Origin: Candidatus Eiseniibacteriota bacterium
GTDB taxonomy: Bacteria; Eisenbacteria; RBG-16-71-46
Reading direction: 5' to 3'
Length of the DNA stretch: 64,000 bases
NCBI GenBank assembly: GCA_963717935.1
Contig: CAVQXP010000004.1
Location: 64,001 to 128,000 of the forward strand
Shown: positions 20,348-28,596 of the stretch, piece after piece
How positions within the stretch are numbered: the first letter of the stretch is position 1
Layout: the number at the start of each line of letters is the position of its first letter
Position numbers and translations under genes: made by a program
The notes under the pieces: generated by a model
Told to the model about the DNA's origin: nothing
The model's input: only the letters and a program-made list of their open reading frames with translations
Database searches by the model: none

Positions 20348-21193
20348 CTACTGGTGCAGCCAGACGATGGGCCGCCGCTGCGACACGCCTTCTTCGGTCG
20401 CCGGTGTCGCCTTCAACTCGCGGTTGCCCGGGTCGATCTGGTAGGCCCAGTCGAGCGTGATCTGGGTCGGCCCCACGGCGGTGACGCGGAACTTGGCGTA
20501 GTGGTTGTCACGGGTCCAGACCACGTAGGCATGCCCTACGACGGCCTCGACCGTGCCGCTCGGGGACCAGCCCGAATCGGGAGCGAAGTCCACGGCGTCG
20601 AGCGAGGACGTGTACCCCGCATCCTGGATATCGGTCGAGGGGTCCGGGACGAAGACCTGCTGGTGGATGAGCCCGGTCGTGTCCTCGTAGTAGCCGAAGA
20701 AGATGTCTGCCGGCGGTTCGGTGGTGAGGGTCCGCGCAAAGGCCGAGAAGTCGTAGCCGATGTCCGTGCTGTAGACCAGGTAGTTGTTGAGCACCAGCCC
20801 GGTGCCCGCCGGCCGGGGCGTGTCGAAGACGTTGTCGTAGCTGAGGTCGCCCTCGACGCCCGCATGGTTCACCGCCGCGACCGCGAAGAAGCGCGGCACG
20901 CCGTTCACCAGGCCGGTCACCACGTACTCGACGTATTCGGCGCCCGTCGGCGCCGGAAGGACCGCGATGCGCGTGTAGAGGCAGTCCGGCTCGCCGCACG
21001 GCGACTCGTAGACGCGGTAGCCGACCACATCGGCCTCGGTGTTCGCCAGCCAGACCAGCGTGACCTCGTTGTCGCCGGTGACACTGAACAACCCCCGCGG
21101 AGCCGCGGGCGGCAGGACGGGGGCCGTGGTCCTCTCGCTGCATCCACCGAGGAGGATGCCGAGCGCCACGAGGGGCAGAAGCAGCCTGTTCAT
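20348..21193 (-). CDS. lipoprotein with fibronectin-III-like domain and HmuY-like C-terminal motif
   Basis: MNRLLL..LLGGC lipobox with RBS, FN3 pattern (PAAPRGL..VTLVW..GYRVY..VTGLVNG..FAVAAVN) and AYVVWTRDNHYAKFRV. Confidence 0.7.
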   Translation of the reverse strand: MNRLLLPLVALGILLGGCSERTTAPVLPPAAPRGLFSVTGDNEVTLVWLANTEADVVGYRVYESPCGEPDCLYTRIAVLPAPTGAEYVEYVVTGLVNGVPRFFAVAAVNHAGVEGDLSYDNVFDTPRPAGTGLVLNNYLVYSTDIGYDFSAFARTLTTEPPADIFFGYYEDTTGLIHQQVFVPDPSTDIQDAGYTSSLDAVDFAPDSGWSPSGTVEAVVGHAYVVWTRDNHYAKFRVTAVGPTQITLDWAYQIDPGNRELKATPATEEGVSQRRPIVWLHQ

Positions 21194-21248
21194 CAGTTTC
21201 CCTCCGGTCAGGCGTGGCGGTGATGGAGCCATTCGCCGGCATCATAGG

Positions 21249-21263
21249 GCAATGGCCGTGCCA
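21249..21263 (-). promoter_or_regulatory. sigma-54 promoter of the lipoprotein/DUF4384 operon
   Basis: Minus strand TGGCACGGCCATTGC, a perfect consensus, about 55 nt upstream of the ATG at 21193. Confidence 0.8.
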
Positions 21264-21419
21264 TGCCACATCGCCGTCCGCACGCGGCGGGGCGCGGGCA
21301 CAACCCCCTGCGGGTCAACGCGGAAGAAGCGAGGAGCCGCCCTGCGGAAGGCCCGCGGAGCGGCTCGATCGTGCGCCTCGGACGCAGGTGTGAACCTTGC
21401 GCCACACCGTCCTGCACGC

Positions 21420-21753
21420 ACACACGCAACAGGACACCGGCCTGTTGCAGATGCGGCCAGCCGGGACATCCCCCAATGTCGGCCAACCACGTCTTCGACC
21501 GGTGCCCTGAAACCCGAAGCGGGCCGGGTCTGCGCGTTGAGGCTGCAGAGACCGGGTATGCTTGCTTTCTCGGCGGCAGGCGCCGACCCACTCCGGGTGG
21601 TGTTTTCGTGATCCAAGCTAGGCGGTCGCAGAGGACGGTGCGTTGTCTAGTGACTGGGGCTCGTACCCTCGACCGGATCCCCCGCAGTGCCGCCTAGCCC
21701 AGACTGTCGTCCGGCAGCATCACCGGATTTCTTGGAGGTCCCCCCCTCCGCGG
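21420..21753 (-). ncRNA. candidate structured sigma-54-dependent ncRNA (~330 nt)
   Basis: Follows a -24/-12 promoter with no credible ORF. Multiple hairpins, including a long stem (21612-21703) whose G-U pairs work only on the minus strand. Confidence 0.5.
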
Positions 21754-21763
21754 GCAGACGAGC

Positions 21764-21779
21764 AGCACGCGCCGTGCCA
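21764..21779 (-). promoter_or_regulatory. sigma-54 promoter with upstream IHF-like site
   Basis: Minus strand TGGCACGGCGCGTGCT (GG-N10-GC). TAACTCGTTG at about 21808-21817 resembles the IHF consensus YAANNNNTTG. Confidence 0.6.
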
Positions 21780-22082
21780 GCCCGGAGTCAGCCCAGTACG
21801 ATTCTCTTAACTCGTTGCACTGCAACTGACACGAGGTCTTGGCGGACTCACCGGCAAGGTCACTCGGAAGGCCCAGACCCGGGGAAACCATGAAGACATT
21901 TTATGGTTCCACGACCTCTCGGCTAAGCGCATGGTTCGCATGGTCTTCGATGTGAAGGAGTTTGATAACGCGATTGGCAATGGACCTGCGCATCAGGCCT
22001 GGGGCCAGAGGCGCGCCGGGAAGACAAGGCTGAGGGGAGGCCTGGAGAGGACCCCGGGAGGTCCCGCGTGCAGCGCGCGAGG

Positions 22083-25000
22083 CTACGAGCGGCGGCGCTC
22101 GAGCTCGAGGTTGCGGATCCTGGCGAGCAGCGTCGGATAGCTCAGGCCGAGCTCGCGCGCCACCTTCGCCTTGTTCCAGCGGTGCCGGTCCAGGGCCTCG
22201 GAGATCACGCGGCGCTCGAGCTCCGAGACGCTCGAGCGCAGGCTGCGGCCCGCCTCGCCCCCGTTGCCCGCGGCAGCCGCCACGGCCCGCGTGGCCGGCT
22301 CGCGCATCTCGGGCGGCAACAGGTCGAGCCCGAGCAGATCGCCCTCGTCCGCGAGCACGACCAGGCGTTTCACCGTCTTGTCCAGCTCCCGCACGTTGCC
22401 GCGCCACTCGTGCGCCAGGAACAGCTGCATCACTTCGGGACTGAATCCGCGGACGTTCTTCTCCATCTGGCGCGAGTACACGTTGAGGAAATGCTGCGCC
22501 AGCACCGGGATGTCCTCGCGCCGCTCGCGCAGCGCGGGCACGCGCACCGTGATGTCGTTGAGCCGGTAGTAGAGGTCCTCGAGGAAACGGCCCTCCCGGA
22601 TGCGTTCGCGCAGGTCCACGCCGGTGGCGCAGATCACGCGCGCGTCCACGCGCTTGCTCCGCGTGGCGCCCACCGGGCGGATCTCGCCGCGGTCCAGCAC
22701 GTGCAGCAGCTTCGCCTGCACCGACTCGGGCACCTTCTCGATCTCGTCGAGGAAGATGGTCCCGCCCTCGGCCTCCTCGAAGAGTCCCTGCTTGTCGCGC
22801 ACCGCTCCGGTGAAGGCGCCGTGCACGTAGCCGAACAACTCGCTCTCGAGCAGCGACTCGGGCAGCGCCGCGCAGTTCACCTGGACGAACGGCCGGTCGC
22901 GACGGTTCGAGGACTCGTGCACGACCTGCGCGAGCAGGCCCTTGCCCGTCCCGGTCTCGCCCATGAAGAGCACCGTGGCCGAGCTGTCGCCGACCTTCGA
23001 GAGCAGGGCGAGGAGGCCCTTCATCTCGCGCGAGGCGGTCACCACGCGATCCATGCCCGCGCTCGGCCTCAGCTTGTCCCGCAACTCGCGGTTCTCGGCC
23101 AGCAGCAGGGACCGCTGCGCCTCGACGATCGCCACCGCCGCGCTGTTCGCCAGCACCGCGAGCAGGTTCACGTCGCGCTGCTTGAACGGCCCCAGCAGGT
23201 TGTCGTTGAGCCGGTCCACGAACACCAGCCCCACCGACTGCGAGGGGAAGTTGAGCGGCACGCAGACCAGCGAGGCGACGCTCTCCAGCGCGTCGGCCAC
23301 CGCGACGCCGAAACGCGGATCGGCGGCCACGCGGCTGGAGAACACCGGACCGCTCTCGGCCAGGCGCGAGCCCACCGCCTCTTCCAGCGCGCGCAGGATG
23401 CGCCGCGCCCGGTCACGGCCCAGGCCATGCTGAGCGACCACGTCGAGCCTCACGCCCCCGCTCGAGAACGCCACGAAGCCGCGGTCCCCGCCGGCATTCT
23501 CCACCGCGAGCTTGACGGTCTGGGCGAGCAGCCCGTCCATGTCCGAGGTCTCGCGGAACAGGCGGTTCGCGTCCTCGAGCGCGCGGAACTCGTTGCTCGT
23601 GGAGAGCGAGACGGCGACGTACTGGCGCTCGATCTCGCGCCGCAGCGCCTCGGCCCGCCCGCCCGCGGGCGCACCGGCCTCCAGCAGCCAGAGTTCGGCC
23701 TGTTCGAGCAGCCCCAGCGCCTGGTCGTAATGCTCGCGCTCGGTCTCGAGGCGGGCGAGTGTGAGCAGCGCCTCGGAGGCGAGCGGCACCACGCCGAACT
23801 GGCGGAACAGAGTCGCCGCGCGCTTGGCCGCGTCGGCCACCGGCTCGAGCGGCAGGCGCAGCCGGGCGCTGGCCGGCAGCAGCAGCAGGAAATCGCCCCA
23901 CGCCGCCAGCGTGGTGGCCAGCTCGTAGGACTCGCCCAGGGTCTCGAAGGCCTGTGCCGCCGCGAGGATCTTGGCCTGCGCTCCGGCCGCGTTGCCGCGC
24001 ACGGCGTCGAGCTGGGCCAGCGCGCGGTCGGCGATGGCGGCCTCGATGCTGTCGCCCAGCTGCGCGGCCAGCGCCGCGCCGCGCACCAGGTGCGCCTGCG
24101 CCTCGGGCGTGCGCCCGGCCGCGAGCAGCGCGAGCCCCATCCGGGTCTCGAGCTCCGCGACCAGGTCGCCCTGCGGTGCGCTGCGGCGCGCTTCGTCGAG
24201 CGCGGGCTCGAGCAACGCGAGCGCCGCCATGACGTCGCCGCGGTCCAGCGCCAGCTCGCCCAGGAACTCGCGGGCCAGCGTCGCCTCGCGCAGCGCGCCC
24301 ACGGGCAGCGCCAGCTCGAGCGCGCGCCGGAAGTGCTCCTCGGCGGATTCCAGCTGGCGCCGGCGCCGCGCGAGCAGACCGGTCGCCAGCAGCGCCGCGG
24401 CCTCGCCCTGCAGGTGGCCGGTCTCACGGGAGATCTTCAGCGACTGACGGAAGTTCTCCTCGGCAAGGTCCCACTGCCCCAGGCGGTAGCGGATCAGGCC
24501 CAGGTTCTGGTTGTGCCCGCGCATGCGGGAGTAGAGGCCCGCGCGCTCGTCGAGGCGCAGCGCCTGCTCCAGGAAGCGTGTGGCCTCACGCCACTCGCGC
24601 AGGTTCTTGTAGACCAGCCCGAGGTTGTTGAGCGCGGTGACCAACCCGTCGGTGTCGTCGATGCGGCGGAAGGTGGCGGCCGCGTTCTGCAGCCACTCGA
24701 TGGCCTCGCCGGTGCGGCCCTGGCGCGTCGCGCACAGCCCGAGGGTCACCGCGACCTCGCCGACCGCGTGGTGCTCGTCGGTGTCGCGAAGCACGCCGTA
24801 GGCGTACAGCGCGTAGCGGCGGCTGCGGCGGTACTGCCCCTGCTGGATGAGCGCGCCGGCGAAGCGGGCCGCGATGACCGCGGTCTGGCGCGGGTCGCCG
24901 AGCAGGCGGGCCGCGGCGCGCGCTTCACGGAGGGTGGCAACCGCGGGCTCGTATTCGCCGTGGGCCGTGTGCACCCTGGCCACGCTGAGCAGGAGCCGCA

Positions 25001-25175
25001 CACGCTCCCCGGGAGCCTCGGGACCGACCGTCTTCAGCGCGGCGCGGTATTCCTCGAGTGCTTCCGAGAAGTTGTCGGCCGCCAGATGCAGATCGCCGAT
25101 CGCCTCATGCTGGCCGGAGCCGGCACGACCGGCGCCTGCTGCATGAGCCAGATCGGGGGGGATCGCTCTCTGCAC
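22083..25175 (-). CDS. TPR-GAF-sigma-54 AAA+-HTH enhancer-binding protein
   Basis: About 500 aa of TPRs (ALNNLGLVY, NLGLIRYRLGQW), a GAF domain (SLVCVPL..VGLVFVD), GETGTGK, ELFGYVHGAFTGA, IFLDEI and an HTH. No receiver domain. Confidence 0.9.
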   Translation of the reverse strand: MQRAIPPDLAHAAGAGRAGSGQHEAIGDLHLAADNFSEALEEYRAALKTVGPEAPGERVRLLLSVARVHTAHGEYEPAVATLREARAAARLLGDPRQTAVIAARFAGALIQQGQYRRSRRYALYAYGVLRDTDEHHAVGEVAVTLGLCATRQGRTGEAIEWLQNAAATFRRIDDTDGLVTALNNLGLVYKNLREWREATRFLEQALRLDERAGLYSRMRGHNQNLGLIRYRLGQWDLAEENFRQSLKISRETGHLQGEAAALLATGLLARRRRQLESAEEHFRRALELALPVGALREATLAREFLGELALDRGDVMAALALLEPALDEARRSAPQGDLVAELETRMGLALLAAGRTPEAQAHLVRGAALAAQLGDSIEAAIADRALAQLDAVRGNAAGAQAKILAAAQAFETLGESYELATTLAAWGDFLLLLPASARLRLPLEPVADAAKRAATLFRQFGVVPLASEALLTLARLETEREHYDQALGLLEQAELWLLEAGAPAGGRAEALRREIERQYVAVSLSTSNEFRALEDANRLFRETSDMDGLLAQTVKLAVENAGGDRGFVAFSSGGVRLDVVAQHGLGRDRARRILRALEEAVGSRLAESGPVFSSRVAADPRFGVAVADALESVASLVCVPLNFPSQSVGLVFVDRLNDNLLGPFKQRDVNLLAVLANSAAVAIVEAQRSLLLAENRELRDKLRPSAGMDRVVTASREMKGLLALLSKVGDSSATVLFMGETGTGKGLLAQVVHESSNRRDRPFVQVNCAALPESLLESELFGYVHGAFTGAVRDKQGLFEEAEGGTIFLDEIEKVPESVQAKLLHVLDRGEIRPVGATRSKRVDARVICATGVDLRERIREGRFLEDLYYRLNDITVRVPALRERREDIPVLAQHFLNVYSRQMEKNVRGFSPEVMQLFLAHEWRGNVRELDKTVKRLVVLADEGDLLGLDLLPPEMREPATRAVAAAAGNGGEAGRSLRSSVSELERRVISEALDRHRWNKAKVARELGLSYPTLLARIRNLELERRRS

Positions 25176-25280
25176 GTTCGAACCCTCGAGTCACATCACC
25201 CGGTTGGGCATCCCGTCGGTTCGACTCCGGGATGCCGTTGGTGTTGCGTAGAGCTTGGATGCCCCAGCGGTCAGGCGGGG

Positions 25281-25604
25281 CTACCTCGCTCCAAGATATC
25301 GAATCGCCCACGTCCTCCTGACGATCCAGCGGAACCATGCGTCGGCGCGCGAACCCTGCGAACTTCCGTTCTCGCCACGCGGGGCCGGTGACATCGAGCC
25401 CGTCGTGGGTTCGGCGCGTGGGGTCTGACCGACATCGGGCTCCCCAGAAGTCGTGACCACAGGTGGTTTCGCCGCGTCCGCAAGGGATGAGAAGACATCA
25501 GGCGAATCCGTCTTCCCACCCGCGAGCGCGGGCGTCCAACCTGCGGTGGCGACCACCGAAAGCAGGACCAGCAGGAACAGGAGTCTGTTGCGTTCAGAAA
25601 GCAT
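25281..25604 (-). CDS. small secreted protein/pre-peptide (107 aa)
   Basis: GGAGGGA RBS, Sec signal ending PALA, low-complexity middle with SGEPDVGQ and Trp/Arg-rich C-terminus AWFRWIVRRTWAIRYLG. Confidence 0.65.
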   Translation of the reverse strand: MLSERNRLLFLLVLLSVVATAGWTPALAGGKTDSPDVFSSLADAAKPPVVTTSGEPDVGQTPRAEPTTGSMSPAPRGENGSSQGSRADAWFRWIVRRTWAIRYLGAR

Positions 25605-25726
25605 GTGCTGCCGCTCCCTCCGAGGCTGGTGGCTGTGAACCACAGTACCTGACCGCCCGGGGTTGGAGCCGCCCCGGACGAATCCGAACCTGAGGGGACC
25701 TCGTCTACTACCGCGCCACGACAACA

Positions 25727-25755
25727 AGTATCCGGCGGTCGTCCGCGAGCGTCAA
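25727..25755 (-). promoter_or_regulatory. sigma-70-like promoter of the peptide/TPR-regulator unit
   Basis: Minus strand TTGACG-N17-GATACT. Confidence 0.45.
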
Positions 25756-25776
25756 CAGCAACTTCACCGACGCCCC

Positions 25777-26826
25777 TTAGGATGCGTCCGGGCGCGGAGC
25801 GGACCGGGCCTTGCTGCCGCGTGGCAGGGGCGGGGCGCCCGGGACCTGGCCGGCCGGCACGGGACCGGGGGGGGGCTGCCGGCGGTCGAGCAACTCCCCG
25901 ACGGCCATGCGCACCAGCCCGTAGCGAAGCCCCTGGGTGGAGCATACGAGCGCCGACGAGGGGAAGCGCTCGAAGAGCAGGGCCACGACCAGGGCGCCAG
26001 CCACGACGATGTCGGCCCGGCCTTCTCCCACGGTGGAGAGGCCCCTGCGATCCGCGTGGCACGATCGGGAAAGATGGTCGACCAGCCCGGAAAGCCGCTC
26101 GGGACGGATGGACCAGCCCTCGAGGAGCGCCGGATCGTAACTCTTGAGCTGGCGGTCCATAGAGGCAAGGACCGTGACCGTTCCGCCGACACCCACGAGG
26201 AGTGGGACCTTCTCCGGCATCAATGCACAATGATGCATGATTCCAGCCTGCACCTCGGCCCGCAGAGCCATGATCTCTCCCGGGTCAGACGGGTCGGAGC
26301 GCAGGAACCGCTCGGTCAGGCTGACCGCGCCAAACGGCAGGCTGGCCCACCTTCCGGCCTGCGGCCCCACCCCGCTGACGACCTCGGTGCTGCCCCCGCC
26401 GATGTCGAAGGCGACGCAGGCGCTATGGGCTGCGCTGCGCCCCAGGCCGAGGACGACCGAGCGGTAGACCAGTTGCGCCTCGTCGTCGCCGGTGAGCACG
26501 CGAACGGGCAGCCCCGAACGACGTTCGACGATGCCGGCCACCTCGGCCCCGTTGCGGGCGTTGCGGATGGCGGCGGTCGCGCCGATCACGATGTGCTTCG
26601 CTCCCAGCGACCGCGCGCGCCGCACGAATTCCGCCGCCAGACCGCCGGCCCTCTGCGCCAACTCCTCCTCGATGCTCCCGGCCCGGTCGAGCCCCCGCGC
26701 CAGACGGCAGACCTCGCCCGCCCTGGCCACCGTCTCCAGCGTCCCGCCCGGGCCGCCGCGTTCGTCCACGTCGGCGACCAGGAGTCGGATGGAGTTGGAT
26801 CCGATATCAATTGCAGCTACGCGCAT
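25777..26826 (-). CDS. ppx: Ppx/GppA exopolyphosphatase family
   Basis: AAIDIGSNSIRLL, ATAAIRNARN, FDIGGGSTE and GLRYG. Confidence 0.9.
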   Translation of the reverse strand: MRVAAIDIGSNSIRLLVADVDERGGPGGTLETVARAGEVCRLARGLDRAGSIEEELAQRAGGLAAEFVRRARSLGAKHIVIGATAAIRNARNGAEVAGIVERRSGLPVRVLTGDDEAQLVYRSVVLGLGRSAAHSACVAFDIGGGSTEVVSGVGPQAGRWASLPFGAVSLTERFLRSDPSDPGEIMALRAEVQAGIMHHCALMPEKVPLLVGVGGTVTVLASMDRQLKSYDPALLEGWSIRPERLSGLVDHLSRSCHADRRGLSTVGEGRADIVVAGALVVALLFERFPSSALVCSTQGLRYGLVRMAVGELLDRRQPPPGPVPAGQVPGAPPLPRGSKARSAPRPDAS

Positions 26827-26842
26827 ATGTGGCTTTCAGTGG

Positions 26843-27406
26843 TCAGAGGAGATAGTCTTCGAGGTCACCCGGCCTCCGTGCCGGCATGGAGTCGGCAACT
26901 GCTTGTCGATCTTCCTGTTCAAGGCCCAATGGACTTGCCGGGCCGTTTGATTCCGGCTCTGCCTCTGGGGATCGGACGGATTCTTCCGGAGGTCGCATGG
27001 CGCCGGTCGGCCGCGCCCGGCGGGCGGCCTCCGTCCGGACCTTTCGCTCTGGAAACCCGACCACCGCCGGGGCAGACCGGGTCAGGTGATGCTCCATCCC
27101 GGCGGCCAACGCCTCCGGTCCGGCCCCCGAGAGCGCCCAGCCCAGAAGCTCGCTGAGCCCCGGCGCTTCGGCCTGCAGCCTGAAACGCACCCGCCGGCCC
27201 TCCCGGCACCCCTTCACCAGGCCCACGCGCTCGAGCGCCTGCAGGTGGCGGGTCGTGCACGACTGCGACAGACCGACCACCTCGGCCAGCTCACCCACAC
27301 ACCGGTCGCCCGCGGCCAGGGCCCTGACCAGCCGGAAGCGCGAGGCCACCCCGAGACAGGCCAGAACGGTCCGTGTGTGAGTCTCCTGCAGGTCGGATTC
27401 ATTCAT
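26843..27406 (-). CDS. ArsR/SmtB-family transcriptional regulator with acidic C-terminal tail
   Basis: RFRLVRAL..CVGELAEVVGLSQSCTTRHLQAL..GLV..REGRRVRF; start uncertain. Confidence 0.8.
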   Translation of the reverse strand: MNESDLQETHTRTVLACLGVASRFRLVRALAAGDRCVGELAEVVGLSQSCTTRHLQALERVGLVKGCREGRRVRFRLQAEAPGLSELLGWALSGAGPEALAAGMEHHLTRSAPAVVGFPERKVRTEAARRARPTGAMRPPEESVRSPEAEPESNGPASPLGLEQEDRQAVADSMPARRPGDLEDYLL

Positions 27407-27496
27407 TGCACAGCGATGCATATCACATCCCGCGATTGACCGCAATGACTTGGCTCTGATAGTTTTCGCACAACTCGGCCATAACCGTGCGCCACC

Positions 27497-28570
27497 ATGC
27501 CAACTCTCCCGCCGTCACCCATCCCCCCCCCTGCCATCCCCGGCTTCTACGGCCTGACGCGTGAGCGGCTGGGCGAGCGGCTGGCCAGCCAGGGCGTGCC
27601 CGCCTACCGGGCCTCCCAGCTCTTCTCCTGGATCTACCGGAAGCACCAGCGCGACACCGAGGCCATGACCAACCTTCCGCTCGCCTTCCGGCGCGACGTG
27701 GCGCGGCTCGCGGACCTCAGCCTGCCGGCCGTCGCCTCGCACGTCGCCACACCCGACGGCGATACCCACAAGCTGGTGCTCACCCTGGGCGATGGCCGGC
27801 ACGTCGAGTGCGTCTCGATGCGTGCGGAGCGCGGCCTGACGTTCTGTCTCTCGAGCCAGGTCGGCTGCGCCCTGCGCTGCTCCTTCTGCGCGACGGGACT
27901 CATGGGGCTCCAGCGCAACCTGCGCGCCGAGGAGATCGTGGCCCAGGTCCTGGTCCTGGGGGACCTTCACCGCTGGGAGGACGACGGCTTCAACGTGGTC
28001 TTCATGGGCATGGGCGAGCCGTTGGGGAACTACGAGGCGGTGATGGACGCCGTGCGCATCCTCCACGACGAGCAGGGCCTCAACCTGGGTGCGCGGCGCA
28101 TCACGATATCCACTTGCGGGCTCGTGCCGCAGATCGAGCGCCTCTCGGGCGAGGGCCTCGCGCTCGGGCTGGCGCTCTCACTGCAGGCCACGACCGATGA
28201 GTTGCGCGATACGCTCGTCCCCGTCAACCGGCGCTGGCCGCTGCGCGAACTGCTCCCGGCCGCGCAGGCCTACGGGCTGCGCACCGGCCGGCGCGTGACA
28301 CTCGAGTACACGCTCATCGCGGGCGTGAACGACTTCCCGGAGGACGCCGACCGGCTGGCCGCCATCGCGCGCGACCTGCCCAGCAAGATCAACCTGATCC
28401 CCTACAACGCCGTTCCCGGCCTCCCCTACCGGCGGCCCACGCCGGAAGCGCTGCAGGCCTTCGCCGAACGGCTCTACCCGCGCGCTCCCGCGGTCACCGT
28501 ACGCCACACGCAGGGCGGCGAGATCTGGGCCGCCTGCGGGCAACTCGCGGGCCTGGGCGAGGGGGCCTGA
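27497..28570 (+). CDS. rlmN: 23S rRNA m2A2503/tRNA radical SAM methyltransferase
   Basis: CLSSQVGCALRCSFCATG, VFMGMGEP, INLIPYN and AACGQL. Confidence 0.95.
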   Translation: MPTLPPSPIPPPAIPGFYGLTRERLGERLASQGVPAYRASQLFSWIYRKHQRDTEAMTNLPLAFRRDVARLADLSLPAVASHVATPDGDTHKLVLTLGDGRHVECVSMRAERGLTFCLSSQVGCALRCSFCATGLMGLQRNLRAEEIVAQVLVLGDLHRWEDDGFNVVFMGMGEPLGNYEAVMDAVRILHDEQGLNLGARRITISTCGLVPQIERLSGEGLALGLALSLQATTDELRDTLVPVNRRWPLRELLPAAQAYGLRTGRRVTLEYTLIAGVNDFPEDADRLAAIARDLPSKINLIPYNAVPGLPYRRPTPEALQAFAERLYPRAPAVTVRHTQGGEIWAACGQLAGLGEGA

Positions 28571-28596
28571 GCGAAGATGCGGGCAGGGGCCGTGCC

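Noticed and set aside
21208..21893. ORF-track ORFs in the 21.2-21.9 kb intergenic region
   Set aside because: They lack an RBS, have atypical composition and no motifs; the region is better explained by promoters and a structured RNA.
22068..25391. 1107-aa + strand ORF and many other long antisense ORFs (e.g. 3838-6402, 54982-57465)
   Set aside because: Shadow ORFs caused by very high GC; the opposite strand carries recognisable domain motifs.
27497..28570. Radical SAM enzyme as a RiPP maturase for the nearby Trp-rich peptide
   Set aside because: The motifs (MGMGEP, AACGQL) identify housekeeping RlmN; there is no SPASM domain.
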